A DNA stretch of 64,000 nucleotides from Bacteroidota bacterium (GTDB lineage Bacteria > Bacteroidota > Bacteroidia > Bacteroidales > VadinHA17): contig QKGI01000064.1 of assembly GCA_003250475.1 (NCBI GenBank), forward strand, positions 1,629-65,628, given 5' to 3'. Position 1 is the first letter of the stretch; every line of letters starts with the position of its first letter. Positions 9,819-18,288 of the stretch are shown one piece after another. The notes beneath the pieces were generated by a model, which saw nothing but the letters and a program-made list of their open reading frames with translations, did no database searches and was not told where the DNA came from. Position numbers and translations under genes: made by a program.

Positions 9819-11057
9819 ATGAATAAAAATATTTCCAACATATTGATAAGGAGAGCATGGCATATCTTTCCGTTGTTGTTGCTCCCCGTACTCCTTCTCA
9901 CCTCCTGTGAGGAGAAGATTGTCCAGGAGGATCCGTACTTTTCAATAGAGGGAGACCCTACAGGACTGACCGCAACCGTGAAGGCAAAAACCGCGAGTTA
10001 TGTTGTACGCTCCAACAGGCACTGGGACGTGGTGAAGCAGGGTGACTCCGACTGGGTGAAGGCCTTCCCTGCTAAGGGTGATGACGATGGCATTTTCAAG
10101 ATTATAGTAGATGCAAACCCGACTTTCTACACCCGTACCGAGAACTTTGCCTTTGTTGTCGACGGCGAAGAACAGCCTGTGCTTTTCAGGGTTGACCAGG
10201 AGGCAAACGTGCCATACATAACCATGCCTGACACCGTGACAGTACTTGCAGCAGGAGGTGAATTCACTGTCACAGGCACTGCCAATGTTCCGTGGAACTA
10301 CTCACTGGTCAACGGCTCGTGGCTGACTGAAGTAGGCACCACCGCGACATCCATTACATTCAGCGCTACTGAAAACACAAGCATCGATAAGCGTTATGCC
10401 ACACTGACAGTGACTTCGATAGAGTTCCCCTCCGTTTCCGCGACAGTTACCCTTACACAATCTGCAGGTACAGTGGTGCTTGAGGAAAACTTCAGCTGGC
10501 TTGAATATGGTAGTGCGGTATTCTACACCACCACAGGCGAGACCCGCTATGACAACTGGACACAGGAGCAGAAGGATATGGGATGGGTCAGCGAGGTCAG
10601 CCCGATAGCCACGGCAGGAGGCACGCCTCTCTGTTACGCCCGCCAGGGATTTGTCAAGCTGGGTAAGACAGGATATGGAGGCGACCTTTACTCCCCTGCC
10701 CTGTCAAAGATCGTCGGCACAACCGACGTTCTCGTGACCTTCAAGGCTATACCCTATATGACAGCTGCCGGGACGAAGGATGATAACTTCCTCAATATAT
10801 TCGTCATAGGCCCCGGAACGATAAGCCAGAGCCAGTTTATCATCGACAACTGGCCCGTTTACCCGGCCGAGTCGGTCGAAGCATATTGCATAGGGATGTG
10901 GAGTGCACCGGAGGCTACACGTACTTTCACCATTACAGGCGCGACTGCCGAGACCAAGATAAAATTCCTCGGCGGCGACTATGACCTTGTAGGTGTCGGT
11001 GCGGGTAAGAACCGTATTTTCCTTGATGATGTCAAGGTTGAGATCATACTGCCATAG
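9819..11057 (+). CDS. PUL-associated surface lipoprotein with BACON-like repeats, function unknown
   Basis: Lipobox 'LLLTSCEE'. Two Ig-like/BACON-like segments ('RSNRHWDVVKQGDSDWVKAFPAKGDDDG', 'ANVPWNYSLVNGSWLTEVG...ATLTVTS'). Positioned as third gene after SusC/D. Confidence 0.5.
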   Translation: MNKNISNILIRRAWHIFPLLLLPVLLLTSCEEKIVQEDPYFSIEGDPTGLTATVKAKTASYVVRSNRHWDVVKQGDSDWVKAFPAKGDDDGIFKIIVDANPTFYTRTENFAFVVDGEEQPVLFRVDQEANVPYITMPDTVTVLAAGGEFTVTGTANVPWNYSLVNGSWLTEVGTTATSITFSATENTSIDKRYATLTVTSIEFPSVSATVTLTQSAGTVVLEENFSWLEYGSAVFYTTTGETRYDNWTQEQKDMGWVSEVSPIATAGGTPLCYARQGFVKLGKTGYGGDLYSPALSKIVGTTDVLVTFKAIPYMTAAGTKDDNFLNIFVIGPGTISQSQFIIDNWPVYPAESVEAYCIGMWSAPEATRTFTITGATAETKIKFLGGDYDLVGVGAGKNRIFLDDVKVEIILP

Positions 11058-11080
11058 CTTCATCTGAAACAAACATTTAT

Positions 11081-11123
11081 AAAAAGGGGTGCCGGCCATA
11101 ACAGACCGGCACCCCTCATTTTT
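11081..11123. terminator. Bidirectional intrinsic terminator hairpin (copy 1 of an identical 43-bp sequence)
   Basis: 'AAAAA GGGGTGCCGG ccataacaga CCGGCACCCC TCATTTTT': perfect 10-bp GC-rich stem, 10-nt loop, A-run upstream and T-run downstream. 24 nt after the stop of 9819..11057. Confidence 0.7.
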
Positions 11124-11343
11124 AAACAGCCACTGCTCCACCAGCCGGGATTCCCCAGATAAATTTGTCATTGTCAGCTGCAACTGTCTTTTGATCATAG
11201 TCAGGACCGGTTTCAATCAGGTTGATTTTCTGTGGGGTAGACCTGCTGAATCCCAGGTGCCACCTTTTAAGGTCATCAAGTCTCATCCCTTCACAGATAA
11301 GTTCCCTTGTTCTTTCTTCCCTGATTGCATTTATAAGATCAGA
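11122..11343 (-). pseudogene. 3' remnant of a SusD-like gene
   Basis: Minus-strand frame reads 'DLINAIREERTRELICEGMRLDDLKRWHLGF...DKFIWGIPAGGAVAV*'. This matches the conserved SusD C-terminus (compare intact SusD here: 'AILQERSVELCYEGHRWFDLVRTG...LVWPI'). The frame is closed by a TGA just upstream, and the neighbouring frame carries 'FNDISLDLIL*', consistent with a frameshift. No N-terminal part is present. Confidence 0.55.
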
Positions 11344-11570
11344 TCAAGGGAAATATCATTGAACTGCTGTCCTGCTAAATTGTTCCACAATATCATTATG
11401 AAAAATATAGTTGAAATTTCTTTTCTCCGCATTATTTTTTCTTTGGTGTTTATCAATAGTGTCCAGGCATATCTAACAGCCATTTTTCAATTGTTTTACT
11501 ATTTTAGAGTATGATAAAAACGATTTCCAGGTTGTACTTTCCCTTACGTTTTCTTTTCGGCACAAATCTA

Positions 11571-11819
11571 TCATATCAAAATACCGGTATGGGCATATGT
11601 CGCACCACATGTCCTTTTCGTAATACCCTCGAGGAAATACCAATAGTATGTTTTACCAGTTACTTTCGAGAGAGTAAACTCACCACCCTTATATACAGGA
11701 AGTGTAAAATCTGCTAAAGGATTTTATAAGAAAGCCATTTCCATTGGTTTTATCCCGGAGTAAACACAAGTTACACCTGATAATAGCAGAGCTATGGCAA
11801 CACAGATTTTTCTAATCAT
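11571..11819 (-). pseudogene. Possible decayed lipoprotein gene (redoxin/TlpA-like N-terminus) interrupted by an in-frame stop
   Basis: Minus strand: 'MIRKICVAIALLLSGVTCVYSGIKPMEMAFL*NPLADFTLPVYKGGEFTLSKVTGKTYYWYF...'. It has a signal peptide plus lipobox, then a TAA. The 'DFTLP..G.EFTLS...GK' pattern is typical of AhpC/TSA-type thiol-disulfide oxidoreductases, but there is no CxxC and the frame stops early. Confidence 0.3.
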
Positions 11820-11856
11820 TACTGACTGATTTAGTTCAAGTAAATAAGGGCTATAA

Positions 11857-13581
11857 CTATTTTATCTTTTTTAAGGGAATATTTTTAAAATGTGGCTCGT
11901 CAGTCCTCAAATCAACACATTCTCCATCACTGGTAAAGAACAATCCGGGTAAATATTCTTCACATTTTAAGTCCATTGCATTAAGATACCCGTTTTTAAT
12001 GGTTATCTCAATTTGAAATACTGTTGTATCCTGTAATTCGCCATATTTATATCTGCAATAGGTTCCAAGATATTTCGACCACTCTTTTTTATTTGGGCCA
12101 ATAGGATCGTTTGGACCATAATTATATTCAAAAACGAATCTGCACCTGCTACCATAAGCACGATGCATTTGTAATAACGACGGCTTTTTGCCTTGGTGAT
12201 ATGGACTTAAAAATCTTATTTCGCTGTACTTTCCAAGCATACCCACAAGCTCACCATTATCATTATAAAAATTTAACGGATAAAAATCATTATCGATACC
12301 ATACCCCAAAATACTGTCTTTGTAATATATCGATCGGCTATTCCACGGTGGTCCGTAGGTACCAATAACCGCTTCTACCTGTTCATCCTCATTGGCCAGC
12401 TTTGTCATGGATTCAACTCGCGAAGGGTCAATAGGTGTATCACCATAATATTTTGAAAGGACGTCTTCTACAATGTTCTTAAATGCCATTGCAGATAAAT
12501 TTGTTCTGGAATCAAGGTTCTGATCATTGGTTAAAAGGAAGATTCCCAGGTTTTTTTCAGGGTACATAATCATATTGCTGCTAAAGCCATACCCTCTTCC
12601 TAACTTATAAGCCAAATAACTATCACATACCGGTTCAATCTCAAGGTTTATTCCTTCTCCAGCTCGCTGATCTGGACACGCAAACTGAATCTGATACATT
12701 TCTTTTATCAAGTCTTCACGAAGTATTCTCTTTCCATCAACAACCCCATTATTTAAAAAGAACTGAATGTAATTAACCATATCATTTAAACTCATATATT
12801 CGGCTCCTGCACCCAGCATTGGAATGTAGAGAGGATACTTTCCACTAATTGGTACTGCCCTGTTCTTATTCTTTTCGATTTCAACAAAATCTAACGATGA
12901 ATTTTTCATTTCAAGAGGATCAAAAATTCTTTGTTTAACATACTCTTCGAAGGTCAAACCTGTTTTCTCCTGCAAAATATAAGCTGCCAGATCGAGCCCA
13001 AGGTTGGAATAGGCAAACCTTGTCCCAACGGGATAACGAAGCCAGGTATCAGAGATACTTCTAATATGTTCTTCAAAATTTTTACAGAGAGTAAAGCTGC
13101 TTCCAAGAGGTGCTTCGTGCGTAAAACCTGCCCGGTGCGTTAATAAGTGTCTTATTGTTATTATATCCGCTGGAGACTTATCATAAATACTATTTACTTT
13201 AAATTCTGGCAGGTATTTTTTAATGGGTGTATCCAAATCTAATATGCCATCCTGAACCGCAATGAGTACTGCGATTGTGGTAACCGTTTTTCCCATGGAC
13301 TGAATACTAAATATAGTAGATGGATCAATGGCCCTTGATTTTGTAGTATCAGTATATCCAATTGTATTATGCCACATGACGCTTTTGTTATTTACAAAAG
13401 CCACTGCAATACCGGGAGTTTCTGACCCGATTTTGGCGGTTTCAGAAACAAACAGACTGTCAATCTTTTGAATGATCTCATTTGTTATTATATCATAGGA
13501 TTGCCTTGCATTTTGAGCAGCAGAATGGTAATTGGCACAAAAAGCAAAAGTTAAAATCAGAAAAAGTGTAATTTTTTTCAT
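11857..13581 (-). CDS. Secreted serine hydrolase of the beta-lactamase/class-C/esterase family with extra C-terminal domain
   Basis: Signal peptide. S-x-x-K 'SIQSMGKTV' and Y-x-N 'FAYSNLG'. 574 aa, about 200 aa longer than a plain class C fold. Confidence 0.8.
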   Translation of the reverse strand: MKKITLFLILTFAFCANYHSAAQNARQSYDIITNEIIQKIDSLFVSETAKIGSETPGIAVAFVNNKSVMWHNTIGYTDTTKSRAIDPSTIFSIQSMGKTVTTIAVLIAVQDGILDLDTPIKKYLPEFKVNSIYDKSPADIITIRHLLTHRAGFTHEAPLGSSFTLCKNFEEHIRSISDTWLRYPVGTRFAYSNLGLDLAAYILQEKTGLTFEEYVKQRIFDPLEMKNSSLDFVEIEKNKNRAVPISGKYPLYIPMLGAGAEYMSLNDMVNYIQFFLNNGVVDGKRILREDLIKEMYQIQFACPDQRAGEGINLEIEPVCDSYLAYKLGRGYGFSSNMIMYPEKNLGIFLLTNDQNLDSRTNLSAMAFKNIVEDVLSKYYGDTPIDPSRVESMTKLANEDEQVEAVIGTYGPPWNSRSIYYKDSILGYGIDNDFYPLNFYNDNGELVGMLGKYSEIRFLSPYHQGKKPSLLQMHRAYGSRCRFVFEYNYGPNDPIGPNKKEWSKYLGTYCRYKYGELQDTTVFQIEITIKNGYLNAMDLKCEEYLPGLFFTSDGECVDLRTDEPHFKNIPLKKIK

Positions 13582-13926
13582 GGTTATTGTAATTAATTAG
13601 AATGTTAGAAAGCTTACTTAATGACGATAGGCGTATAATGCTGCTGCACAAATAGATAGTTATTCTGCCAGTGGCATTATATGTCTGCGAATAAGCGCTT
13701 TTCTATGACAAAATGATTGAGATGTACTCGAAGAATTCGAATTTGCCGGTTTTTTAAGCAGGATTAACAAAGTGGTCTGACTAATTGGACACTATTCGTC
13801 TCCATTGAATAGTGGTCTGCGTTCTGTGTTACCAATAATTCCGACTATCCCTTTTGTAAGGTTTACTGTCTTTATAATCTTATCGAAGCTGACATCATTT
13901 TTCTCATCATCCGGACCATTTAAGCT

Positions 13927-14463
13927 TTAATCTATTTTTTGTCTGAACACAATGGTATGTCCGGGCAACCAGGGTCCAAAAGCATTCATAAACCATCTGT
14001 CGATGAGGTTTCCCTCAGGTGTCAGCTCAAATGAGTTTTTAAAGCCGTAGGATTGCTTTACTCCTTGCTCCTTTTTTGTTGGCCAGGTCATTATGCCTTC
14101 AATAGTGAATGTGTTTCCAGCCCAAGCTACACTTCCTGTCTGGAACACACCACTTTGTTCTATAAAGAAGGAATGGATTTCAGCCTCAACGTCATTCCAG
14201 TAGAAAAACCCCTCGCCCACCATTCCATTGAAAGAGCTCTGCCGCCTTATTTTAAGTGCATTTCCTTCACCAAACAGTTCAAAGGTGAGGACCACCGTTG
14301 AGATTTTCTCCCCATCCGGAGACAGAAGATCACCTTCCCATGTTTTTCCGGCCAAAGGCAGGAAAGAGGCAAGTCGCGGATTGAAATCCTGAGCACATAT
14401 AAGGTTGAATGACCTGAGAAGAAGGAGTAGTACAAAAGCTGGGATAAATAATCTGCCTTTCAT
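13927..14463 (-). CDS. Small secreted protein, unknown function (beta-rich)
   Basis: 178 aa with signal peptide 'LFIPAFVLLLLLRSFNLICAQ'. No motif recognised. Low-GC codon usage like its neighbours. Confidence 0.45.
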   Translation of the reverse strand: MKGRLFIPAFVLLLLLRSFNLICAQDFNPRLASFLPLAGKTWEGDLLSPDGEKISTVVLTFELFGEGNALKIRRQSSFNGMVGEGFFYWNDVEAEIHSFFIEQSGVFQTGSVAWAGNTFTIEGIMTWPTKKEQGVKQSYGFKNSFELTPEGNLIDRWFMNAFGPWLPGHTIVFRQKID

Positions 14464-14563
14464 GATAATCAGAATTTAAAAGTTATGTAAAATCTTAGCG
14501 GGTTAAGAAAACAGACAGCATGGTCCGGAGCGGATCAACAGAAACAAAGAATAAAAAGCAAAT

Positions 14564-15298
14564 TCATAAGTACCTCTCTCTAAGGATGTTATAAAACGTC
14601 CGACTTAAAGATACCGGCTCAGGGTGATTCTTTAGAAACACTTTCGCGGTAGATGTGGAATTTCTTACAATTCTGTCGATATGGTTCATATTGACAATAA
14701 AAGATCTGTGTATTCTGATGAAGTGCTCTGCCGGCAGGCGGTTCATCCAGTCTACCATTGATCTCATAATCAGACTTTTCTTTCCGTCGATGGTTTCAAT
14801 GGTCGTATAATCGCGTGCAGCAGATATCATGGTTACATTTTCAAGAAGCACAAATCTGATCTGGTTTTTCTCCAGCACCAGAATCCGGTCAGAATACCTG
14901 TACCTGGCCGATCCCGGGATACTCTCCAGTACCACTGGGGGATCAGATGATCTTACCCTGTCAATTGCTGCCTGCAATCTCTCCTGTGAAATTGGTTTAA
15001 GAAGATAATCCAGTGCATTGATCTCAAAAGCCCGGAAAGCGTACTCATCAAAGGCAGTAATGAAAACCACCTTCCCGCAAAACTCTATTTTGTCCAGGAG
15101 GTCAAAACCGGTTCCTTCAGCAAGTTGAATATCAAGAAAAAGGATTTCGGGTTTGAGGGCACTGATCTCGGCAACTGCCATTTGCATCCGTGTTGACTCT
15201 CCAACTATTACAATCTCCGGGAACTGTTCAAGTCTCTTTTTAAGTGAGCGAATGGCGAGGGGCTCATCATCTACAATATAGGCGGATAATGTTTTCAT
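14564..15298 (-). CDS. LytTR-family response regulator
   Basis: Receiver domain 'YIVDDEPLA...LFLDIQLAEGTGFDLL'. C-terminal LytTR 'FIRIHRSFIVNMNHI'. 4-bp overlap with the upstream kinase gene. Confidence 0.85.
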   Translation of the reverse strand: MKTLSAYIVDDEPLAIRSLKKRLEQFPEIVIVGESTRMQMAVAEISALKPEILFLDIQLAEGTGFDLLDKIEFCGKVVFITAFDEYAFRAFEINALDYLLKPISQERLQAAIDRVRSSDPPVVLESIPGSARYRYSDRILVLEKNQIRFVLLENVTMISAARDYTTIETIDGKKSLIMRSMVDWMNRLPAEHFIRIHRSFIVNMNHIDRIVRNSTSTAKVFLKNHPEPVSLSRTFYNILRERYL

Positions 15299-16365
15299 TC
15301 TCCTGTCTGGATTTCAATTGTAATATGGACCATACCTTCAGTCTTTTCTATGTTGAGTTTATAACTGTCAGGATATGCATTCTGTAGTCTTTCAAATACA
15401 TTCCTGATGCCTGTACCCTCATTATCAGACTCAAACCACATTCCGTTGTTGATTACTTCGAGGATAAGCAATCGACCCCGGCGAAATCCGTTAACCATTA
15501 TATTCAGTGAATCAGGAGAGGCTTTCATCCCGTATTTTACAGCATTTTCGACGAAGGGTTGCAGGATGAAAGCAAGGACTTCAACATCTGATGCCTCGCT
15601 GGTAACGTTGATCTCAAAGTTCAGTCTGTCAGGAAACCGCACCTTTTCCAGAGACAGATACTTTTCAACAATAATAACTTCCTCCCTGAGCGGGATAAAC
15701 AGCTTATCCTTGTCCCTGATAGTGTACCTTAAAAAGTCTGACAGCTGGGATATCATCCTGTCGGCATTTGAAGGGTCCTCGTAAATCAGGGCCTGAATCG
15801 AGTTAAGAGAGTTGAACAGGAAATGCGGATTTAGCTGGTATCGGAGCATTTTCAGCTGAGATTTCTGAGCCAGAAGGGCAGCTTTCTGAGAGCGTTCCTT
15901 TTCCTTCATAAGTTCCAGCCAGAATTTAATTCCAAAATATAACAGGCTCCAGATAACAAGAGGGAACGCAAGAAAGAAGGTTCTGCTCAGAAATTCCGAC
16001 AGGTCGGCCGGTTTAGAGACAGTTACATCCCATCTTGTCAGAAACTCGACAATATGCTCCAGCAGAAAAGTGTTAAAAAGAACCCATATAGCAGCGGAAA
16101 AAAATGAAAGCAATAATCCGCTCACGGCAATCAATATGAACCCCGGCCGTCTGTTGAACAACTTCCTGTATACTTTTCTCAGCACCAGGGTTATCAAAAA
16201 GAGGAACGACATTGACAAAGTCCACCGGAACGTATCCTGAAATCCCTTTAACTCATTATAAAACTGAATATACTGCTGGAAATAAAAAACAACCCATCCA
16301 GTTATCTGAAAAAACCAGAACCCCGGAGTCCTTGCCAGCAGGCCGTTATTTCCTCCTCCTTTCAT
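15295..16365 (-). CDS. Membrane sensor histidine kinase (LytS/YehU-type His_kinase domain)
   Basis: N-terminal TM helices. 'LRYQLNPHFLFNSLNSIQALI' H-box region. HATPase 'ILQPFVENAVKYG' and 'NEGTGIRNV'. Confidence 0.8.
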   Translation of the reverse strand: MKGGGNNGLLARTPGFWFFQITGWVVFYFQQYIQFYNELKGFQDTFRWTLSMSFLFLITLVLRKVYRKLFNRRPGFILIAVSGLLLSFFSAAIWVLFNTFLLEHIVEFLTRWDVTVSKPADLSEFLSRTFFLAFPLVIWSLLYFGIKFWLELMKEKERSQKAALLAQKSQLKMLRYQLNPHFLFNSLNSIQALIYEDPSNADRMISQLSDFLRYTIRDKDKLFIPLREEVIIVEKYLSLEKVRFPDRLNFEINVTSEASDVEVLAFILQPFVENAVKYGMKASPDSLNIMVNGFRRGRLLILEVINNGMWFESDNEGTGIRNVFERLQNAYPDSYKLNIEKTEGMVHITIEIQTGE

Positions 16366-17142
16366 ACTTGAAAAATAATAATCTGTCTGATATAAACCAC
16401 ACTTCTGATCTTTAATAATTTAAAAAAATGGCAGCTCCTTCTTTCAGGATCCAACCCTCAGATGTCTATCGTATTTCAGCACCATTCCCCTGTCTATTTT
16501 CACGAAAAAGGATTGATTTATCTGTGCGATTTCCATAATGAGGCAGGAATGATTCGATGCAAAGGCGCTTAAAGTCCGTTAGCAGTTTTTTCTCATGCTG
16601 CGACCTGGCATAAACTAAGTACCACTTATAATTCCTTCCGATCATTTAACAACTGCCATTACCATTTTATGCAAAAGCTTCGCCTTTGCGAGTCACATCG
16701 CAGAGCTCCTGCAGATGAGATTTGAATGAAAGTATATCAAATCTAACCAAAAGGAGGTTAAAAGGGATAATGATTCTGCGAACGGCACTTTGCATCGACA
16801 ACTGACACTACGTAACTGCAAACAGCACTTTGAAATGTGTTCCGGCAGAGCATTGCTGGCGTGTTTTACGACCCGGTGCTGCTGGCAGCGCAGGAGCAAG
16901 TATCCCGTACCGAGCGGTGTAAAGTGAGGCTGAAATAATAATTGGTTAAGTGAAGGCGGAGACCCGTTTTAAGTTTTCTGTCCAGGGTAAAAAGACATAG
17001 TAGGAGGAAAACATAGCAGTTATCCTCCGGATTCATTCATATCCCACTTTATAATGGACACCCTCGCCTTCAGCCAACGTTACCCGCTGCCGGGATGCGT
17101 TCAGGACTCTCACCCTATGCTTAACGCCAATGCCGGGTACAA

Positions 17143-17185
17143 AAAAAGGGGTGCCGGCCATAACAGACCGGCACCCCTCATTTTT
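17143..17185. terminator. Bidirectional intrinsic terminator hairpin (copy 2, identical to 11081-11123)
   Basis: Same 43 nt 'AAAAAGGGGTGCCGGCCATAACAGACCGGCACCCCTCATTTTT'. Lies 75 nt downstream of the minus-strand gene ending at 17260. Confidence 0.7.
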
Positions 17186-17259
17186 GCCGTCGTGTTCAAC
17201 CAACGGACAGTTTCAGACCTGATTCATGTATATTTGACTGTATCCCGTGTTCTTTTACT

Positions 17260-18114
17260 TTACCTGCCTTCCCATCCGGCAATGCTGGCCCAGAGGTGCC
17301 AGGCAGCATATGCCTTCATGTTGGCATTCAAAGGCTGGGTATGAGCGGCCCCGCAGCTATACCAGTCAACCCCGGCCGTATGTGTCTCCTGCCACCTGAT
17401 AGCCCAGTTGGATTCGAGTGATCCGTTGTTGTCATGGTCATAATAACAGCCGTCATTAGCCCATTTGTCAAGATAATAAACACCGTCAGGATCATAAGAC
17501 TCTATATCCGCGAAGTCAAACAGGTACTTTTTATGTGTGCGGCAGTAACTTCTTATCTGCTCATTTCGTTTATACAGGTTGCCCGTCAGGCCTGTACCGT
17601 CAAGATGACCGGTCATATATACAAACGTCACCCCCGGAAAGTCTCTCTCCAGCCCCTCCATCAGTTCCAGATAGGTATTTATGTCTGCCTCCGTGGCCGA
17701 AGATACCTGACCGCACCATGACCATATTATCACATTGACATCACTGTTGGCTGCCAGGTAACTCCTGGTCTCTGCCTCCCATTGCCTGTAATCGGGATTG
17801 CCCAGGTCGCCTGGCATGGCATAATCGTGAAGATCAAGGGCCCCGCCAGTTCCACCGTTATTCCATGCGTACTCTGCTCCTTTAAAGGAGACAAGCCCGC
17901 TCATACCGTCGGTTATCTGGCTTCCGTGCGAGGTATGCCCGTAGGCTATGTGCAGGTCGGTCTTTGCCTTTGTGATCCATTCAGCAGGGACAGACGAGAG
18001 ATCTATGGTCGTATGATCAAATATCCCATCTTCCACTTCCCTCATGTCATTCTCCTTGGAGCAGGAATAAGAGAGAAGACAAATCATCAACGTAATAGAC
18101 AGAATGTTCTTCAT
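17260..18114 (-). CDS. Lipoprotein of unknown function (His/Cys/Trp-rich)
   Basis: Lipobox 'LLSYSCSK'. 284 aa. Conserved-looking 'HIAYGHTSHGSQ', 'VIIWSWCGQ', 'VYMTGHLDGTG'. Family not recognised. Confidence 0.55.
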   Translation of the reverse strand: MKNILSITLMICLLSYSCSKENDMREVEDGIFDHTTIDLSSVPAEWITKAKTDLHIAYGHTSHGSQITDGMSGLVSFKGAEYAWNNGGTGGALDLHDYAMPGDLGNPDYRQWEAETRSYLAANSDVNVIIWSWCGQVSSATEADINTYLELMEGLERDFPGVTFVYMTGHLDGTGLTGNLYKRNEQIRSYCRTHKKYLFDFADIESYDPDGVYYLDKWANDGCYYDHDNNGSLESNWAIRWQETHTAGVDWYSCGAAHTQPLNANMKAYAAWHLWASIAGWEGR

Positions 18115-18288
18115 GACTTCCGTTTTTACCCTTTCAACATGTAAGAGTATTATACTGAAGAGGCAACCAAAATGTTACAGTCGCCGGTCTGTTAATAAAC
18201 GGCTCAGTTCCTGAGACATTTCAATTAATAAAGCTTTTATCCTAACTTTGCCTGAACCAACAATCCCTTCACAAGGGGACCAAATGAG

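Noticed and set aside
10704-11216. 170-aa minus-strand ORF and the plus-strand ORFs 11089..11514 and 11511..11717
   Set aside because: 10704..11216 is antisense to the well-supported 9819..11057 gene and crosses the terminator hairpin. The plus-strand ORFs have no recognisable content and lie over minus-strand gene relics that do have recognisable content.
11124-17142. Integrative mobile element call for the low-GC island
   Set aside because: No integrase, transposase, tRNA target or terminal inverted repeats could be found. I report it only as a compositionally distinct island flanked by a duplicated hairpin.
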